DNA of 64,000 nt from Candidatus Poribacteria bacterium (GTDB taxonomy: Bacteria; Poribacteria; WGA-4E; PCPOR2b): NCBI GenBank assembly GCA_965116925.1, contig OZ220744.1:4544001-4608000 (forward strand). Direction: 5' to 3'. Positions 40,270 through 50,552 of this stretch are shown piece after piece. Both the position numbers and the translations under genes were made by a program. The notes beneath the pieces were generated by a model. The model was not told where the DNA came from, searched no databases, and saw only the letters and a list, made by a program, of their open reading frames with translations. The first letter of the stretch is position 1, and each line of letters opens with the position of its first letter.

Positions 40270-41532
40270 CTACTCTTCATGGAACGGCGGTAGGTTGCCA
40301 TCGGTGTCGAACGCTAAAGGCTTCAGTTCGCCGGTAACCTCCAAATCGGTGCGGAGTTTTGCATCTTCGAGCAGGGCTTCGGAGATGTCCACCTCTGCGA
40401 GACCGAGGGTGCTTTCAATTCGCACTACTTTTGATTCTTCAGGCGGAGTGAGTCCAACCGTGTTCAATGCGATCTCAATAGCCTCGCGGTCTGTGTCGTA
40501 ATAGAAGGGCGTTTTCGACTTCTGCGGTCCCATTCCGGTGATACCATTCATATATGTCGCGTGCCGATCCATCTTTTCCACAAGGCGTGTTGTGGTGAAG
40601 TCCGCCAATCCAACGCCTGTTGCGTTACCATCGCTATCGTCGGTCAGATCTCGGACGAAGATTCGTACAATCGCGGGTTTTTCTGGCTCTGGTTCAAGGA
40701 TCTGCATCATTCGACCGATGATGTTGGTATCCATGCCTGTCCCGCTGATGTTTTTGCCCATCCAATCCACGATTAGAAGGTCAAAGGCATCAAACGGCAG
40801 ACGTCCCATCAGCGACTTGGATTCGACGAGGAGTTCACGTTCGCGACGCATGATTTCATCGGCGCGCATGGCGGCGACCTTCGCTGTCTGTTCGTGTGCG
40901 TTTTCGACCAGTCCAACTCCAAAACCAACCCTTCCAGCATCTATGAGCAAGCCGGTAACTGTCCGGATGATATGCTCGAATCCGTAGTGGAAGAAGGCAC
41001 GATGATACATATTCGCACCGTGCTGTTTGCCAAATCCGATCGTCAACATCTTCAGGGTGCCGCTCTCAACCGTGCCTCTGAAATCGGTGTGTGCTTTGAT
41101 CCGATTGACTGGAACAATGTGATCCGCGTTGGCGGCGTAGGTATCAAGGAATACTGGCAATCCGTCGGCGGTTTGACCGATTTCGACGACCTCCATTGTT
41201 GCCTTGATTGGTACACCGACTGTTTCTTCAGTGACGCCATAATGTTCTAGTACGGCTCGCTGTCCTTCTGCGGTTGCGCCCCCGTGGCTCCCCATCGCTG
41301 GTACGACAAACGGGTTTGCACCGATGTCCTTGAGGTATTCCGCCGTTGCTTTAATAACGGTGGCGATGTTTGCAACCCCTCGGCTGCCACCGCCAATAGC
41401 GACGGTATCTCCTTTGCCGATGATTGACGCCGTGCCGATTTGATCCAATTCCTCTTTAACTGCTGCGGGCAAATCTGCGACGACGGGAGCATCAAAATGT
41501 TGTTTTATACGAACCATTCTTGGTAGTGTCAT
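40270..41532 (-). CDS. Lactate racemase (LarA)-like / DUF362 domain protein
   Basis: GSRGVANI, PAMGSHGGAT, NRIKAHTDF, GKNISGTGMDTN. Confidence 0.78.
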   Translation of the reverse strand: MTLPRMVRIKQHFDAPVVADLPAAVKEELDQIGTASIIGKGDTVAIGGGSRGVANIATVIKATAEYLKDIGANPFVVPAMGSHGGATAEGQRAVLEHYGVTEETVGVPIKATMEVVEIGQTADGLPVFLDTYAANADHIVPVNRIKAHTDFRGTVESGTLKMLTIGFGKQHGANMYHRAFFHYGFEHIIRTVTGLLIDAGRVGFGVGLVENAHEQTAKVAAMRADEIMRRERELLVESKSLMGRLPFDAFDLLIVDWMGKNISGTGMDTNIIGRMMQILEPEPEKPAIVRIFVRDLTDDSDGNATGVGLADFTTTRLVEKMDRHATYMNGITGMGPQKSKTPFYYDTDREAIEIALNTVGLTPPEESKVVRIESTLGLAEVDISEALLEDAKLRTDLEVTGELKPLAFDTDGNLPPFHEE

Positions 41533-41699
41533 TGATTCAATCCTCCATATCTGTGAAATGTTGATACCATGTTACTAGAAGTTGGGGCGAATAACAAGAG
41601 AGAAATGCGTGAAACGTGATGCGTGAAACGTGACCCGTCCTAAATAAGGTTGACATGAGCGAAGGCAAAAATCAGTTCGTTCGAGTGGTTCTAGGCGCG

Positions 41700-42201
41700 C
41701 TAAAATGTCCGTCCACTTGCCTGAATGAACGGTTTGAGTTCTGTGACCAATTGCCGGAATTTGTCTGGGCGGAGCGATTGCGCCCCATCGGACAATGCGT
41801 TTTCAGGATCCGGATGCACTTCGATCATCAGTCCGTCCGCCCCTGCGGCGACCGCAGCCTTTGCCATTGGATTGACATATTCCCAATGCCCTGTCCCGTG
41901 GCTCGGATCGGCGATGATAGGCAGGTGACTCATCTTCTTGATTACCGGAATTGCATTCAGGTCAAAGGTGTTCCGCGTCGCCGTTTCAAAGGTACGGATG
42001 CCCCGCTCGCACAGGATGACGTTGTAATTCCCTTCGGAGAGGATATAGCAGCTCATGCTTGCCGCGTTCGTCCCCAATCGCTGCGATGACGGTATGCTTT
42101 GTGCCCTGAATAGGATGGGGTGTATAGTTGAGTTCCCTGATTTGAGCGATGACAGCGTCAATAGATTGTTGTTCCGCTCCTACTTTCATCACGATGACCA
42201 T
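41700..42201 (-). pseudogene. aroF: DAHP synthase (type I-beta) with internal deletion and frameshift
   Basis: N-terminal MVIVMK...IGDERGKH in one frame joins [20 protein letters not shown]...DPSHGTG...IEVHPDP in another; only 502 nt. Confidence 0.85.
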
Positions 42202-42261
42202 GATGTGTCTCCTTGATCAATCCGTTTTACTTTCACTAATGGTGGTTTTGGAAGAGCCAAC

Positions 42262-42369
42262 TATAGTGGATCTTAGAATTAATGAGACACGCCAAACCGG
42301 CGCAGTTGGAAACAGCGCCTACCAAATACGGGGGGCGAAAGTGTTTCTTTATTTTTAGAATTCACCATA
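42262..42369. mobile_element. MITE family A copy 3 (108 bp), overlapping the end of the upstream gene
   Basis: TATAGTGGATCTTAGAATTAATGAGACAC...GAATTCACCATA. Confidence 0.85.
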
Positions 42370-43947
42370 AGTTTGGCTCAAACTCACCCGCTCGATTTTT
42401 CCTGATTCAATCTGTAAGTCACGCCAATCGGAATTTGCATCCGTTTTCACTTTTGGTCGCCAAGAGAAGGATACCGTTGAATTGCCACCATTATAGAATA
42501 CCACATCCCCGTAACCCTCCATAGGCGGTCGTATCAGTGATAGGAGATTCCGAGGTAGGCAATGCTCACCGTCCTGCGTTCGTACTTCCAAGGTCGGCAC
42601 AACCGCGCTCTGGATTTCACGCGTACCAAGCAGAAGAGGCCCGTAGCACGAGGTGACGGCTCCATGTCCCCAATTCCGTCCATGTCCTGCTGCAACTGAG
42701 CAGACGGCACCGCCCATATCCGCGTGTTCCCTGCCGCCGCGAAGCACTCTCCGTGCGATCTTCAGGCGCGTGGAGGCACTTTGGAATGCCCGCATCGCAA
42801 ACTCCGGATTACCGCTGAGTTGGTAAGCGAGGGTCATGGCTGCTGTTGATGGTTCTCGAATCGGCTGCACCGAACCGTCGTCCGACCATTCGCCCCAATA
42901 TGCCATATCTGCACGGCGACCGACGCCGTGCTCCCGTCGTCGGACCTCCTGCGGAAAGATGAGGGCCAGGTGTCTTGGTATAGGTGGCATCCCTACCAGT
43001 TGACCGCGCATAGGCTGATCAAAAGTCGTGTCCTGAAATGTGCGGCGATAGTAACTGATTGCAGCAGCAGCAGGATCATGGTACGGATCAAGTACGGATT
43101 CAACGAGTGGTTCGACAATTCGTTTTGCCGCATCTCTGAAAATTGTATCTTCCGACAGATGGTAGAGATCGCCTAGCGCATAAATCGCACCGGAGGCGAG
43201 GAGATTTTCAATTCCCGCCAACGGATCGCCTGAGAGGTGATGCGTGCCGTGAGCGGCTATCCCGTGTAGATTTCTCTCTTCAACTTCCGCTTCGCCCACG
43301 CCATTTCCGTCCAAATCCCAGAGCAGGGGCATTGGTGACTTAGCAGCGATAATTCGCTCTGCCCGTTTCTGACCATAGCGCAGCGACCAATCGAGGTAGC
43401 GTTCCTCTCCCGTGATTCGATATGCTGCGAGGGCGATATGGATGAATCGGAAGTGCTCGGCAAGTTCATACGCCGTATCTGCATCGTTATGGACTGTTCG
43501 GCTGCCAATGTAGTAGCCGCAAAACGTGTCGCGGTCATAGTCGTACCAAGCGGGGATCTCCCCCACCCAATTCCCGATGTGCTCGGCGGCATCCATCAGC
43601 ATTGAGCGCGCTTCCTGATCGTCCGGCACAAGATCTATGTATCGTGGTAGGAATAGCAGAAACGGCTCCGTGCCGTGGTGCGCTTCCGCCTCCGGTTCAT
43701 AGCCGTGCAGACATTCGCGTTCAATCCAACCTGCCAATGCGGATTTCAGGTTTCCGAAATGTTTCAAAACGGTTTTATCGCCGGTCACAAGGTAGTGTGG
43801 AAACCACGCTAGGGCGTAGTTGGCTTCGTCTTCGCCGCCGCCGTTTGGTCCGGGCGGATCGAGCACCATGCTCTGCTTCAGCCATTGATCCATCTCCTTA
43901 CGGAGATCTACATAGTATTCGTAGCATTCTTGAAGGGTATTGTTCAT
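42355..43947 (-). CDS. Hypothetical protein (possible alpha/alpha-barrel glycosidase-like fold)
   Basis: Long ORF with GAGAGG RBS; repeated YxxTGDxxY/F-type helical motifs. Confidence 0.7.
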   Translation of the reverse strand: MNNTLQECYEYYVDLRKEMDQWLKQSMVLDPPGPNGGGEDEANYALAWFPHYLVTGDKTVLKHFGNLKSALAGWIERECLHGYEPEAEAHHGTEPFLLFLPRYIDLVPDDQEARSMLMDAAEHIGNWVGEIPAWYDYDRDTFCGYYIGSRTVHNDADTAYELAEHFRFIHIALAAYRITGEERYLDWSLRYGQKRAERIIAAKSPMPLLWDLDGNGVGEAEVEERNLHGIAAHGTHHLSGDPLAGIENLLASGAIYALGDLYHLSEDTIFRDAAKRIVEPLVESVLDPYHDPAAAAISYYRRTFQDTTFDQPMRGQLVGMPPIPRHLALIFPQEVRRREHGVGRRADMAYWGEWSDDGSVQPIREPSTAAMTLAYQLSGNPEFAMRAFQSASTRLKIARRVLRGGREHADMGGAVCSVAAGHGRNWGHGAVTSCYGPLLLGTREIQSAVVPTLEVRTQDGEHCLPRNLLSLIRPPMEGYGDVVFYNGGNSTVSFSWRPKVKTDANSDWRDLQIESGKIERVSLSQTYGEF

Positions 43948-43969
43948 TGGGTCCTCTCACAAGTTTAGG

Positions 43970-44983
43970 TCAAGCCTCTAACGGTGCTGGCAATTCAGGT
44001 AGGTATTGGTATTCCGGATCGGTTTCTTGTATCTTTAGGATCGTAATAATTTCCTTCCAGGTCTCATACAGACCGGTCGGACAATACGGAAGTTCATGTT
44101 TAATTAGCCTGTGCAATTTCCCTAGGTTGTAGCATGGGACTGCGGCATACATGTGGTGTTCTATGTGAAAATTCATGTGCCAGTATAGGAACTGAACCAA
44201 CGGATTAAGGATAATCGTCCGACAGCAGAGCCGGAAATCGGGCACATTATCCGTAAGTCCTACATGTTGGGTGGTATTGCAGAGGAAGAGGAGCCAGCCA
44301 CCGTATGCCGGAGCTAATGTAATAAGGACCGGCACCAGCCAGAGACCAAAGTAGAGCGAAATACCGACGATTAGGGCATGGCCCACGAGTTGGGTGCGAG
44401 CCCAGTTGAATAACTCCCGTCGTTTCTCCATATCCGACTCGGGAAACATGACTGTTTTTTCATGATCATCTAACTTGCCGAGACTGAGTCGAATAATCGA
44501 TTTCCACCGAGCGTAGAACCCCCATGGGTTCACAACCGCACTTTTGAGGAAGCCGGTGAATGTCAACTTTACTGGGAACACGACTTCATAATCGTCCGGA
44601 GGGTGCAGGGTATATTTGTGATGTTCGGAGTGGCTCGCCCAGAACCGAACGTGATTATATGCGCCAAGAAAACTAAAGATTCGCAGGAAGAAGACATTCA
44701 AGAATCTCGTCTTAAAAACCGAGTTGTGAACCAGTTCATGGAATCCGTTCAGGAGGAATGCCCAGATGGTTCCATGGAGGAATAGAATTAACAGTAATAC
44801 CGGCAACGGCAAGTGCGCTGCGGCGTAGAAAGCGGCGGTTCCTGTCAGTGCAAGTAATCCAAGGTGACCGAGGGTTTGGAGCATTCCTTTCCAATCGCTG
44901 CGTTGGTTGAGAGATCTAAATACTTCACGGTCAATCTGTGGTCTATACCAATTAATTTTTCGTTGATCTGCGTCATTGTTCAT
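43970..44983 (-). CDS. Fatty acid desaturase family protein
   Basis: His boxes HELVH, HSEHH, HIEHH. Confidence 0.88.
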   Translation of the reverse strand: MNNDADQRKINWYRPQIDREVFRSLNQRSDWKGMLQTLGHLGLLALTGTAAFYAAAHLPLPVLLLILFLHGTIWAFLLNGFHELVHNSVFKTRFLNVFFLRIFSFLGAYNHVRFWASHSEHHKYTLHPPDDYEVVFPVKLTFTGFLKSAVVNPWGFYARWKSIIRLSLGKLDDHEKTVMFPESDMEKRRELFNWARTQLVGHALIVGISLYFGLWLVPVLITLAPAYGGWLLFLCNTTQHVGLTDNVPDFRLCCRTIILNPLVQFLYWHMNFHIEHHMYAAVPCYNLGKLHRLIKHELPYCPTGLYETWKEIITILKIQETDPEYQYLPELPAPLEA

Positions 44984-45058
44984 GTGGCGTGTTTCCTTTC
45001 GTTTTGTTGGTAGAGGGAACGTACAAATTTGCTCTTACAGTAGCCTACGGTGTCTTCT

Positions 45059-45988
45059 TTACCCGCCTGCCTCGACTTGTTCAATAAGCGGCTTGAGATT
45101 AGCAAAGTTAATTCGCATTGCGTCTGCGCCGGAGCCATTCGATGGCAGGTAGTGTGTGGCGACTGCAAAAACGACATCACAGCGGTAGTCGCGGAGATTA
45201 CGCAGCACTGTCAGGTAATCGACATCACCTTCGCCCAACGGGCAGTACTCAAAATCAAGTTTTAAGCCGTCATTGACGCGCAAATCCTTCACATGGAGCG
45301 AATGGAGATAAGGGCACACATTCATAAAGCCTGTTGTCGCCGAATCCAATTCGCCGACGGTCAGGTTATCGGACGGATGCCACATAATTTTAATCCGCTC
45401 GGAGCCAACCCGTTCAACAAGCGCGCGACAGTGGTTGGTGGTGTTAGTATAGTGCCACGGCAGATTGGCGAGGACAACATCAATGTTATATTTTTCAGCT
45501 TCATCCGCCACGATCGCGAATATTCTGACCAATTTTTCCATATCAACGTCGGTGATGATACCTCCTCGCGTCAGCCAACGCATGGGCCATGTCGGCTTGC
45601 CGGCTGAATATTCGCCGGGCCATGCGAAAGTGTAAGCCAACACCGAATCCGCGCCAATACGGTTGGCAGCTCGCATACTCTGAGTGAGGAGATTAAAGTC
45701 TTTTCGGAACTCAGGATGGTCCTGCAGCGTGTCTAACTCTAGATCTGCCAAGTGGATATGACCAAAAGCACCACCGGTGCCAAGCATAAACAGTTCGACC
45801 CCGTGTCGGGCAGCTCGCTCACCAAGCTGATCGACGCTGGCATCGGTTACTTCACCACCGATTGCCCAGTCGAGGTCAGTGAACCAACCATACTTTGCGC
45901 CGAGCTCCTCCGCTAGGGCAAGTTCTTGGTCAAAAGGTAAGCCTGTCATTTGAAGAAACATCCCAATTTTGAATCGGTAGTCGGCCAT
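45059..45988 (-). CDS. Sugar phosphate isomerase/epimerase (AP endonuclease 2 TIM barrel)
   Basis: LHVKD, PLGEGDVDY, overall xylose-isomerase-like pattern. Confidence 0.8.
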   Translation of the reverse strand: MADYRFKIGMFLQMTGLPFDQELALAEELGAKYGWFTDLDWAIGGEVTDASVDQLGERAARHGVELFMLGTGGAFGHIHLADLELDTLQDHPEFRKDFNLLTQSMRAANRIGADSVLAYTFAWPGEYSAGKPTWPMRWLTRGGIITDVDMEKLVRIFAIVADEAEKYNIDVVLANLPWHYTNTTNHCRALVERVGSERIKIMWHPSDNLTVGELDSATTGFMNVCPYLHSLHVKDLRVNDGLKLDFEYCPLGEGDVDYLTVLRNLRDYRCDVVFAVATHYLPSNGSGADAMRINFANLKPLIEQVEAGG

Positions 45989-46186
45989 CGGTTATCATCT
46001 CCTGTTCACGTTGTCGTCGCCGCTATATTGACAGACGCATTATACCACAAAATTCTCAAAAATTCCTAATCGCTGTTGACATTTGACGTATTTTATACAT
46101 CTGTCGTCTGATTGGAGTTTTGGAGATCGGGCAAGATGCCCGACCTGCGGATATAGGAGGTTGATTTTCTAAACTAGCAACGTGGG

Positions 46187-48127
46187 TTAGTATATAAACC
46201 CATACATTCGTCTGCTAAGTATAACACCCAGTATGCTCCAGAAACTGGCAAGCGTGAATTCTCCTAAAATTAAACCAAGGAAGAAATATATGGCTCGGCG
46301 GTGCCCCTTCAGTCCTCCATATTTGAGGATGATCCATTTGGCGAACCAGCTAAGGAAAATAGAGAACCAGAAGGGGTTTATCGCATAGCCAGCCGATATA
46401 ACGTACCCTGCGGGGTGAAGTCCCCACCATAGAAATCTCATCCGCATTGCCATAAGGAAGATAACGCTGACAAACCCGGTGAGCATACTAGCTAAGTCAC
46501 TTGTCCTACCTTCTGTGGGAAAGGTGAGCCACTGTTCAAGCCGGCGAAAACCATCAGCAGCAAAACGCATCAGTGAACTTCCACCGTCCTTGTATCCGAT
46601 ATGCAGGTAAATCCAGAAGAATATCAACGCACTGAATACCATGGCTATGAGTATTGCAGAGAGTAATATTCTATTATTTAGTCTGGCTTCGTGTGCGAGT
46701 TTGAAGGACTCAAGCTGGTGCGGCATTGGATGTGGTCTGTAGGTACGGTTGAAGTAAAAGAAAAAGGAAAGTATCGTTAGGTTGGCAGCTCCAATACTTC
46801 GTGTGCCAAGCGCATTAACCATCATGATTGGTGGGTCGCCATAAGCAAAGTCGTGTATGGGGGTCCCAAATTCTACGCGTATTCGGGTGATGGCTATTGA
46901 GAAGGCAAGGTACAACAGAAAGAACAGCAGAATGACCCCTATCGACATCCCGGCTCTGTAGCAAAATAGGGTGATGAATGCCATCCCACCAAGGATTCCG
47001 CAGATCGCCCATCTGTACCGGATCGGTTCATGAGAATCATCAATTCCCCTTTTACCGATGATTGTTTTGAACACACGCACGAGATGCCTTCGACTCAGCC
47101 AGAGTGCGATGACTGCTATCCCCATAGCGCCTCCAAAGGTCTGCTGGTTCAGTTGTGCGAGATAGAAAGAGCCACTCAGTCCAGCGACTCCACGAAAACC
47201 GATCATGCTTCCGACAACTTTCTGGGCTTTCCAGAATAGATAGAAAAACCAGCAGGAAAAGGACATATCCAAGGGCATAAAGAAGGCAAGTCCTGCAATA
47301 CAGGGAACAAGCCCTACGGGCATCCAGCCGACAGCATTCCACGGCTTTTCTGTTAGATAGGCACCGATATTATGACGATAAGGGTTGAAACCGAGGTCGG
47401 GTATTACGGGATAGAGGTAATTGAGTCCGTTGATAAGGCTGATACCACCCCCAACGGTAAATCCAATCCACATCAGCTTATTAGCGAAAAAGCCTTCGCC
47501 AACCTTTGTCATTTCGAGTGGCAGTTGGATGATGGGATAGCTAAGTTTTTCTTCCTCAACCCACTGTCTCCTTATGACTACATTAATGCAGAGCATCACG
47601 AAAACCAAGACAATTGTAAAACTAACCCACGACAATGCCGGTACAAACCACCCCTCAATATACCGGAGGGTGTACAGACTGGAATCACCCTTGTAATAGG
47701 GTTCCAATATCCTTTTGTCACTTACCGCTATCCAAGTGGGGATATATTTATGAAAAAGGGTCCCCCAATCGTTCTCAATAGTTGCAAATCCAAAGGCGTG
47801 TTCTATGATGGGTGCGAGCGTCTGCATCATGTCAGTTGCACTTAAAGCTGATGCAATAGTCAACATCGCGTAGACGACAATCAAGTCGCCTTGGGAGAGG
47901 GAAATTTTAGGCAGGTACTTTCTCAGCAGTAGGTTCAGCGCAGCGAGGATGGAAATGAACAAAATGACGTTGAAGAACAGTGCCATGTTTGTAGAGACGG
48001 CTTGGTACTGGTAGGGTTGTTTGGCGAGGACAAGCCAATAGCTATTTAAGGGTATTAGGATTAACCCAATGGCGATTCCACGTAGCGTATTTCCCGATGA
48101 TTTCCTCGTCACCATGTCTTCTTCCAT
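46187..48127 (-). CDS. Large polytopic membrane protein (DUF6785-like, putative transporter)
   Basis: Many TM segments; RRQWVEEEKLSYPIIQLP, TRIRVEFG, HPMPHQLE, WGLHPAGY, FFLGLILG. Confidence 0.75.
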   Translation of the reverse strand: MEEDMVTRKSSGNTLRGIAIGLILIPLNSYWLVLAKQPYQYQAVSTNMALFFNVILFISILAALNLLLRKYLPKISLSQGDLIVVYAMLTIASALSATDMMQTLAPIIEHAFGFATIENDWGTLFHKYIPTWIAVSDKRILEPYYKGDSSLYTLRYIEGWFVPALSWVSFTIVLVFVMLCINVVIRRQWVEEEKLSYPIIQLPLEMTKVGEGFFANKLMWIGFTVGGGISLINGLNYLYPVIPDLGFNPYRHNIGAYLTEKPWNAVGWMPVGLVPCIAGLAFFMPLDMSFSCWFFYLFWKAQKVVGSMIGFRGVAGLSGSFYLAQLNQQTFGGAMGIAVIALWLSRRHLVRVFKTIIGKRGIDDSHEPIRYRWAICGILGGMAFITLFCYRAGMSIGVILLFFLLYLAFSIAITRIRVEFGTPIHDFAYGDPPIMMVNALGTRSIGAANLTILSFFFYFNRTYRPHPMPHQLESFKLAHEARLNNRILLSAILIAMVFSALIFFWIYLHIGYKDGGSSLMRFAADGFRRLEQWLTFPTEGRTSDLASMLTGFVSVIFLMAMRMRFLWWGLHPAGYVISAGYAINPFWFSIFLSWFAKWIILKYGGLKGHRRAIYFFLGLILGEFTLASFWSILGVILSRRMYGFIY

Positions 48128-48255
48128 AGAAGCTAGGCAGACAAAAGTTTAGGTCCCCGATTCTCGGAGGAGCACGACAGAAATCTGCTCAAACCGCGGA
48201 TTTCCGACCTCAAATTCAACGGGGTGTTGGATCGTTATTCTTTGTTTTTGTATCT

Positions 48256-49338
48256 TCACCCTATCCGCAGGCTCCGGTCTTCTAGTGGTAGATCTACTCG
48301 CACATTACCGCGTCGATGGGATTCGCGCATACCGATAGCAATCTCTAAAGCCTCTCTACCAAACTCTCCCGGACAGATTTGTTCTTCCCCGAGTTCGATA
48401 GATTTGCAAACCCCTTCCATAGCGTCCACCAGTGAGCTACGTGGATGCCAAGGATTGGGAAATTGACACTGAATGGGGCTGCCGTCTTCCGGATGCGTGC
48501 TCCAGAGTTCAAACTGTGCGTGGGCATTGCGCGAGACGATGCGTCCTTTGTCTCCGAGAAATTCCAGCGTCCATCCAAACCTTGAAGTGTCAGTTCGGCT
48601 GTTCATATATGTCCGCACACCGTTCTCGTAAACGATGTATCCGGTTCCGGAAAGATCTTGATCGGCTGCGGCTGCTTCATCGCTATCCATCACACCGAAA
48701 ACCCACTTGGCGGGCGCACCGGCGAAGAGACGGAGGAGGGCAAAGGTATGGCTGTGCAGGTTTGACAGACTGGAGGTGCTATGGCAGATCATCGATCGCA
48801 GTTCGCCAATTGCTCCGTCCGCGATTGCCTGTCGTGCATTGGTGTACCAGTTGTACCAGTTGAGGTGACAGGCAATTGCTAGAATCGTGCCGTGCTTCTG
48901 ACACGCTTCAATCATGGCATCCGCTTCGGCAAGGCTAGGACACATTGGCTTGGTAGCAAAGATTGCTTTGACGCCCAGCTCTGCCAAGCCGATGGTAACC
49001 TCTGCCCGTTCCGCTGGTCGGGTTGTCACAGAAACAATATCAGGTTGCTCTTTTTCGACCATCTCGTGGTAGTCGGTGTAAAGGGCTTCGACCCCCCAAC
49101 GCCGTTTGAAATCATCGAGTTTTGATTGGTCGACATCCGCAGCGGCAATCAGATCGACGTTTCTTGCTTCAAGCATCCCCGGTGCATGAGCAAAGGGCCA
49201 AGGGTAGTGTGGGTTACCGATTACTTCATCGTCGATGGTGCTGCCCATCCTGCCACACCCAACAACGGCACCACGGTAAATACGTTTGGGTTCACTTTCG
49301 TTGATAACACGAAATGCTTCTCCTATAGGTTGAGCCAT
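48256..49338 (-). CDS. Gfo/Idh/MocA family oxidoreductase
   Basis: VVGCGRMG, PDIVSVTT, ATKPM. Confidence 0.9.
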   Translation of the reverse strand: MAQPIGEAFRVINESEPKRIYRGAVVGCGRMGSTIDDEVIGNPHYPWPFAHAPGMLEARNVDLIAAADVDQSKLDDFKRRWGVEALYTDYHEMVEKEQPDIVSVTTRPAERAEVTIGLAELGVKAIFATKPMCPSLAEADAMIEACQKHGTILAIACHLNWYNWYTNARQAIADGAIGELRSMICHSTSSLSNLHSHTFALLRLFAGAPAKWVFGVMDSDEAAAADQDLSGTGYIVYENGVRTYMNSRTDTSRFGWTLEFLGDKGRIVSRNAHAQFELWSTHPEDGSPIQCQFPNPWHPRSSLVDAMEGVCKSIELGEEQICPGEFGREALEIAIGMRESHRRGNVRVDLPLEDRSLRIG

Positions 49339-49390
49339 GCGATTTTCCCTTTCCTGATCTGAGTTGATTGGCGATTATGTTTGATGTGCG

Positions 49391-50389
49391 CTACCCACTG
49401 CTTAGGCTTCGATCGGCTAGGGGCAGTTCGAGTTTCTCACCACCCCGCAGGTGCGATTCCCGCATCGCGATACCGATTTCAAGGGCTTCACGCCCGTATT
49501 CCCCGGGACACAGCGTTTCTGTGCTTTCGTCGAGATCTTTAATGAGTGCTTCAATAGCGGCTTGCTGAGAACTAACGAAGCGCTTTGGGTTGGGAAACTG
49601 CCGGCGTACAGGTTCTCCGGTCTGAGTACTGATGGAGCGATCCGGGTAACGGGTCCACATCTCAAAGTCGGCGTGCTCGTTGCGGGAGGAGAGCCAACCG
49701 TCACTTCCGATGAAATCGAATTGATGCCAGCCACCGGTGGTGATGAATCCCCGTACATCATTCTCGTAGAGAATCATGCCGCTCCGCCTGTTATCACTGT
49801 CGATATGTCCAACGACCCACTTGGCGGGTGCATCGGCAAACAGGCGAAACAGGGAAAGGGTATGTCCGCCGTGCATGTAGCTACAAAGCATTGATGCTAG
49901 CTTACCAATCTCTCCCGCTCGAATGGCTTCTAGACAGGCTAAAAACCAAGGGCTCCAGTTTTGGTGACAGGCAATCACTAGAAGGACGTCATGCTTTCGA
50001 CACGCCTCGATCATCGCGTCAGCTTCAGCAAGACTTGGTGCTATCGGCTTGGTTGCATATATTGCCTTGACCCCACCCGCTTCCGCTGTCCCGATAACCA
50101 CCTCCGCTCGTTCCGCAGGCCGGGTGGTTACACTCACAATGTCAGGTTTCTCGTTGGCAAGCATTTGCCGATAGTCGGTGTAGAGAGCATTGACGCCCCA
50201 ACGGCGTTTGAAATCCTCCAACTGGTCCGGCAACAGGTCTACCCCTGCGACCAATTCCACTCCCTTTGCTTCGACGTAGGCGGGCGCATGCGCCATCGGA
50301 TAAAAAAAATGGGGTCGTACATCGTCTTCGTCGTCGATAGTGCTCCCAATCCGTCCACAACCGATAACAGCTGCTCGATAGGCTGCCAT
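49391..50389 (-). CDS. Gfo/Idh/MocA family oxidoreductase (paralog of the adjacent gene)
   Basis: VIGCGRIG; shares blocks such as PDIVSVTTRPAERAEV and GREALEI with 48256-49338. Confidence 0.9.
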   Translation of the reverse strand: MAAYRAAVIGCGRIGSTIDDEDDVRPHFFYPMAHAPAYVEAKGVELVAGVDLLPDQLEDFKRRWGVNALYTDYRQMLANEKPDIVSVTTRPAERAEVVIGTAEAGGVKAIYATKPIAPSLAEADAMIEACRKHDVLLVIACHQNWSPWFLACLEAIRAGEIGKLASMLCSYMHGGHTLSLFRLFADAPAKWVVGHIDSDNRRSGMILYENDVRGFITTGGWHQFDFIGSDGWLSSRNEHADFEMWTRYPDRSISTQTGEPVRRQFPNPKRFVSSQQAAIEALIKDLDESTETLCPGEYGREALEIGIAMRESHLRGGEKLELPLADRSLSSG

Positions 50390-50447
50390 ATCAATTACCT
50401 CCTCAAGGCGCTCTAGCGGATATTTTTTTTAATCGTTCTGATAAACA

Positions 50448-50510
50448 AAGAGGGCAATCCCCTTTGTGTAGTGACAGACTGCCACCGAAACAGCAAGGAG
50501 ATCACCCTCT
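50448..50510 (-). terminator. Long imperfect stem-loop downstream of the LamG gene
   Basis: Minus strand AGAGGGTGATCTCCTT...AAGGGGATTGCCCTCT followed by TTGTTT. Confidence 0.5.
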
Positions 50511-50552
50511 CAGATTGCTACTTTGATTTCACGCACGGAGTATATCCCGTGG

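Noticed and set aside
41606..41633. TGCGTGAAACGTGA tandem duplication
   Set aside because: Only two copies with no supporting context; insufficient for a call.
42202..42261. Aromatic amino acid leader peptide upstream of aroF
   Set aside because: No Phe/Tyr/Trp codon run or terminator was found in the short gap.
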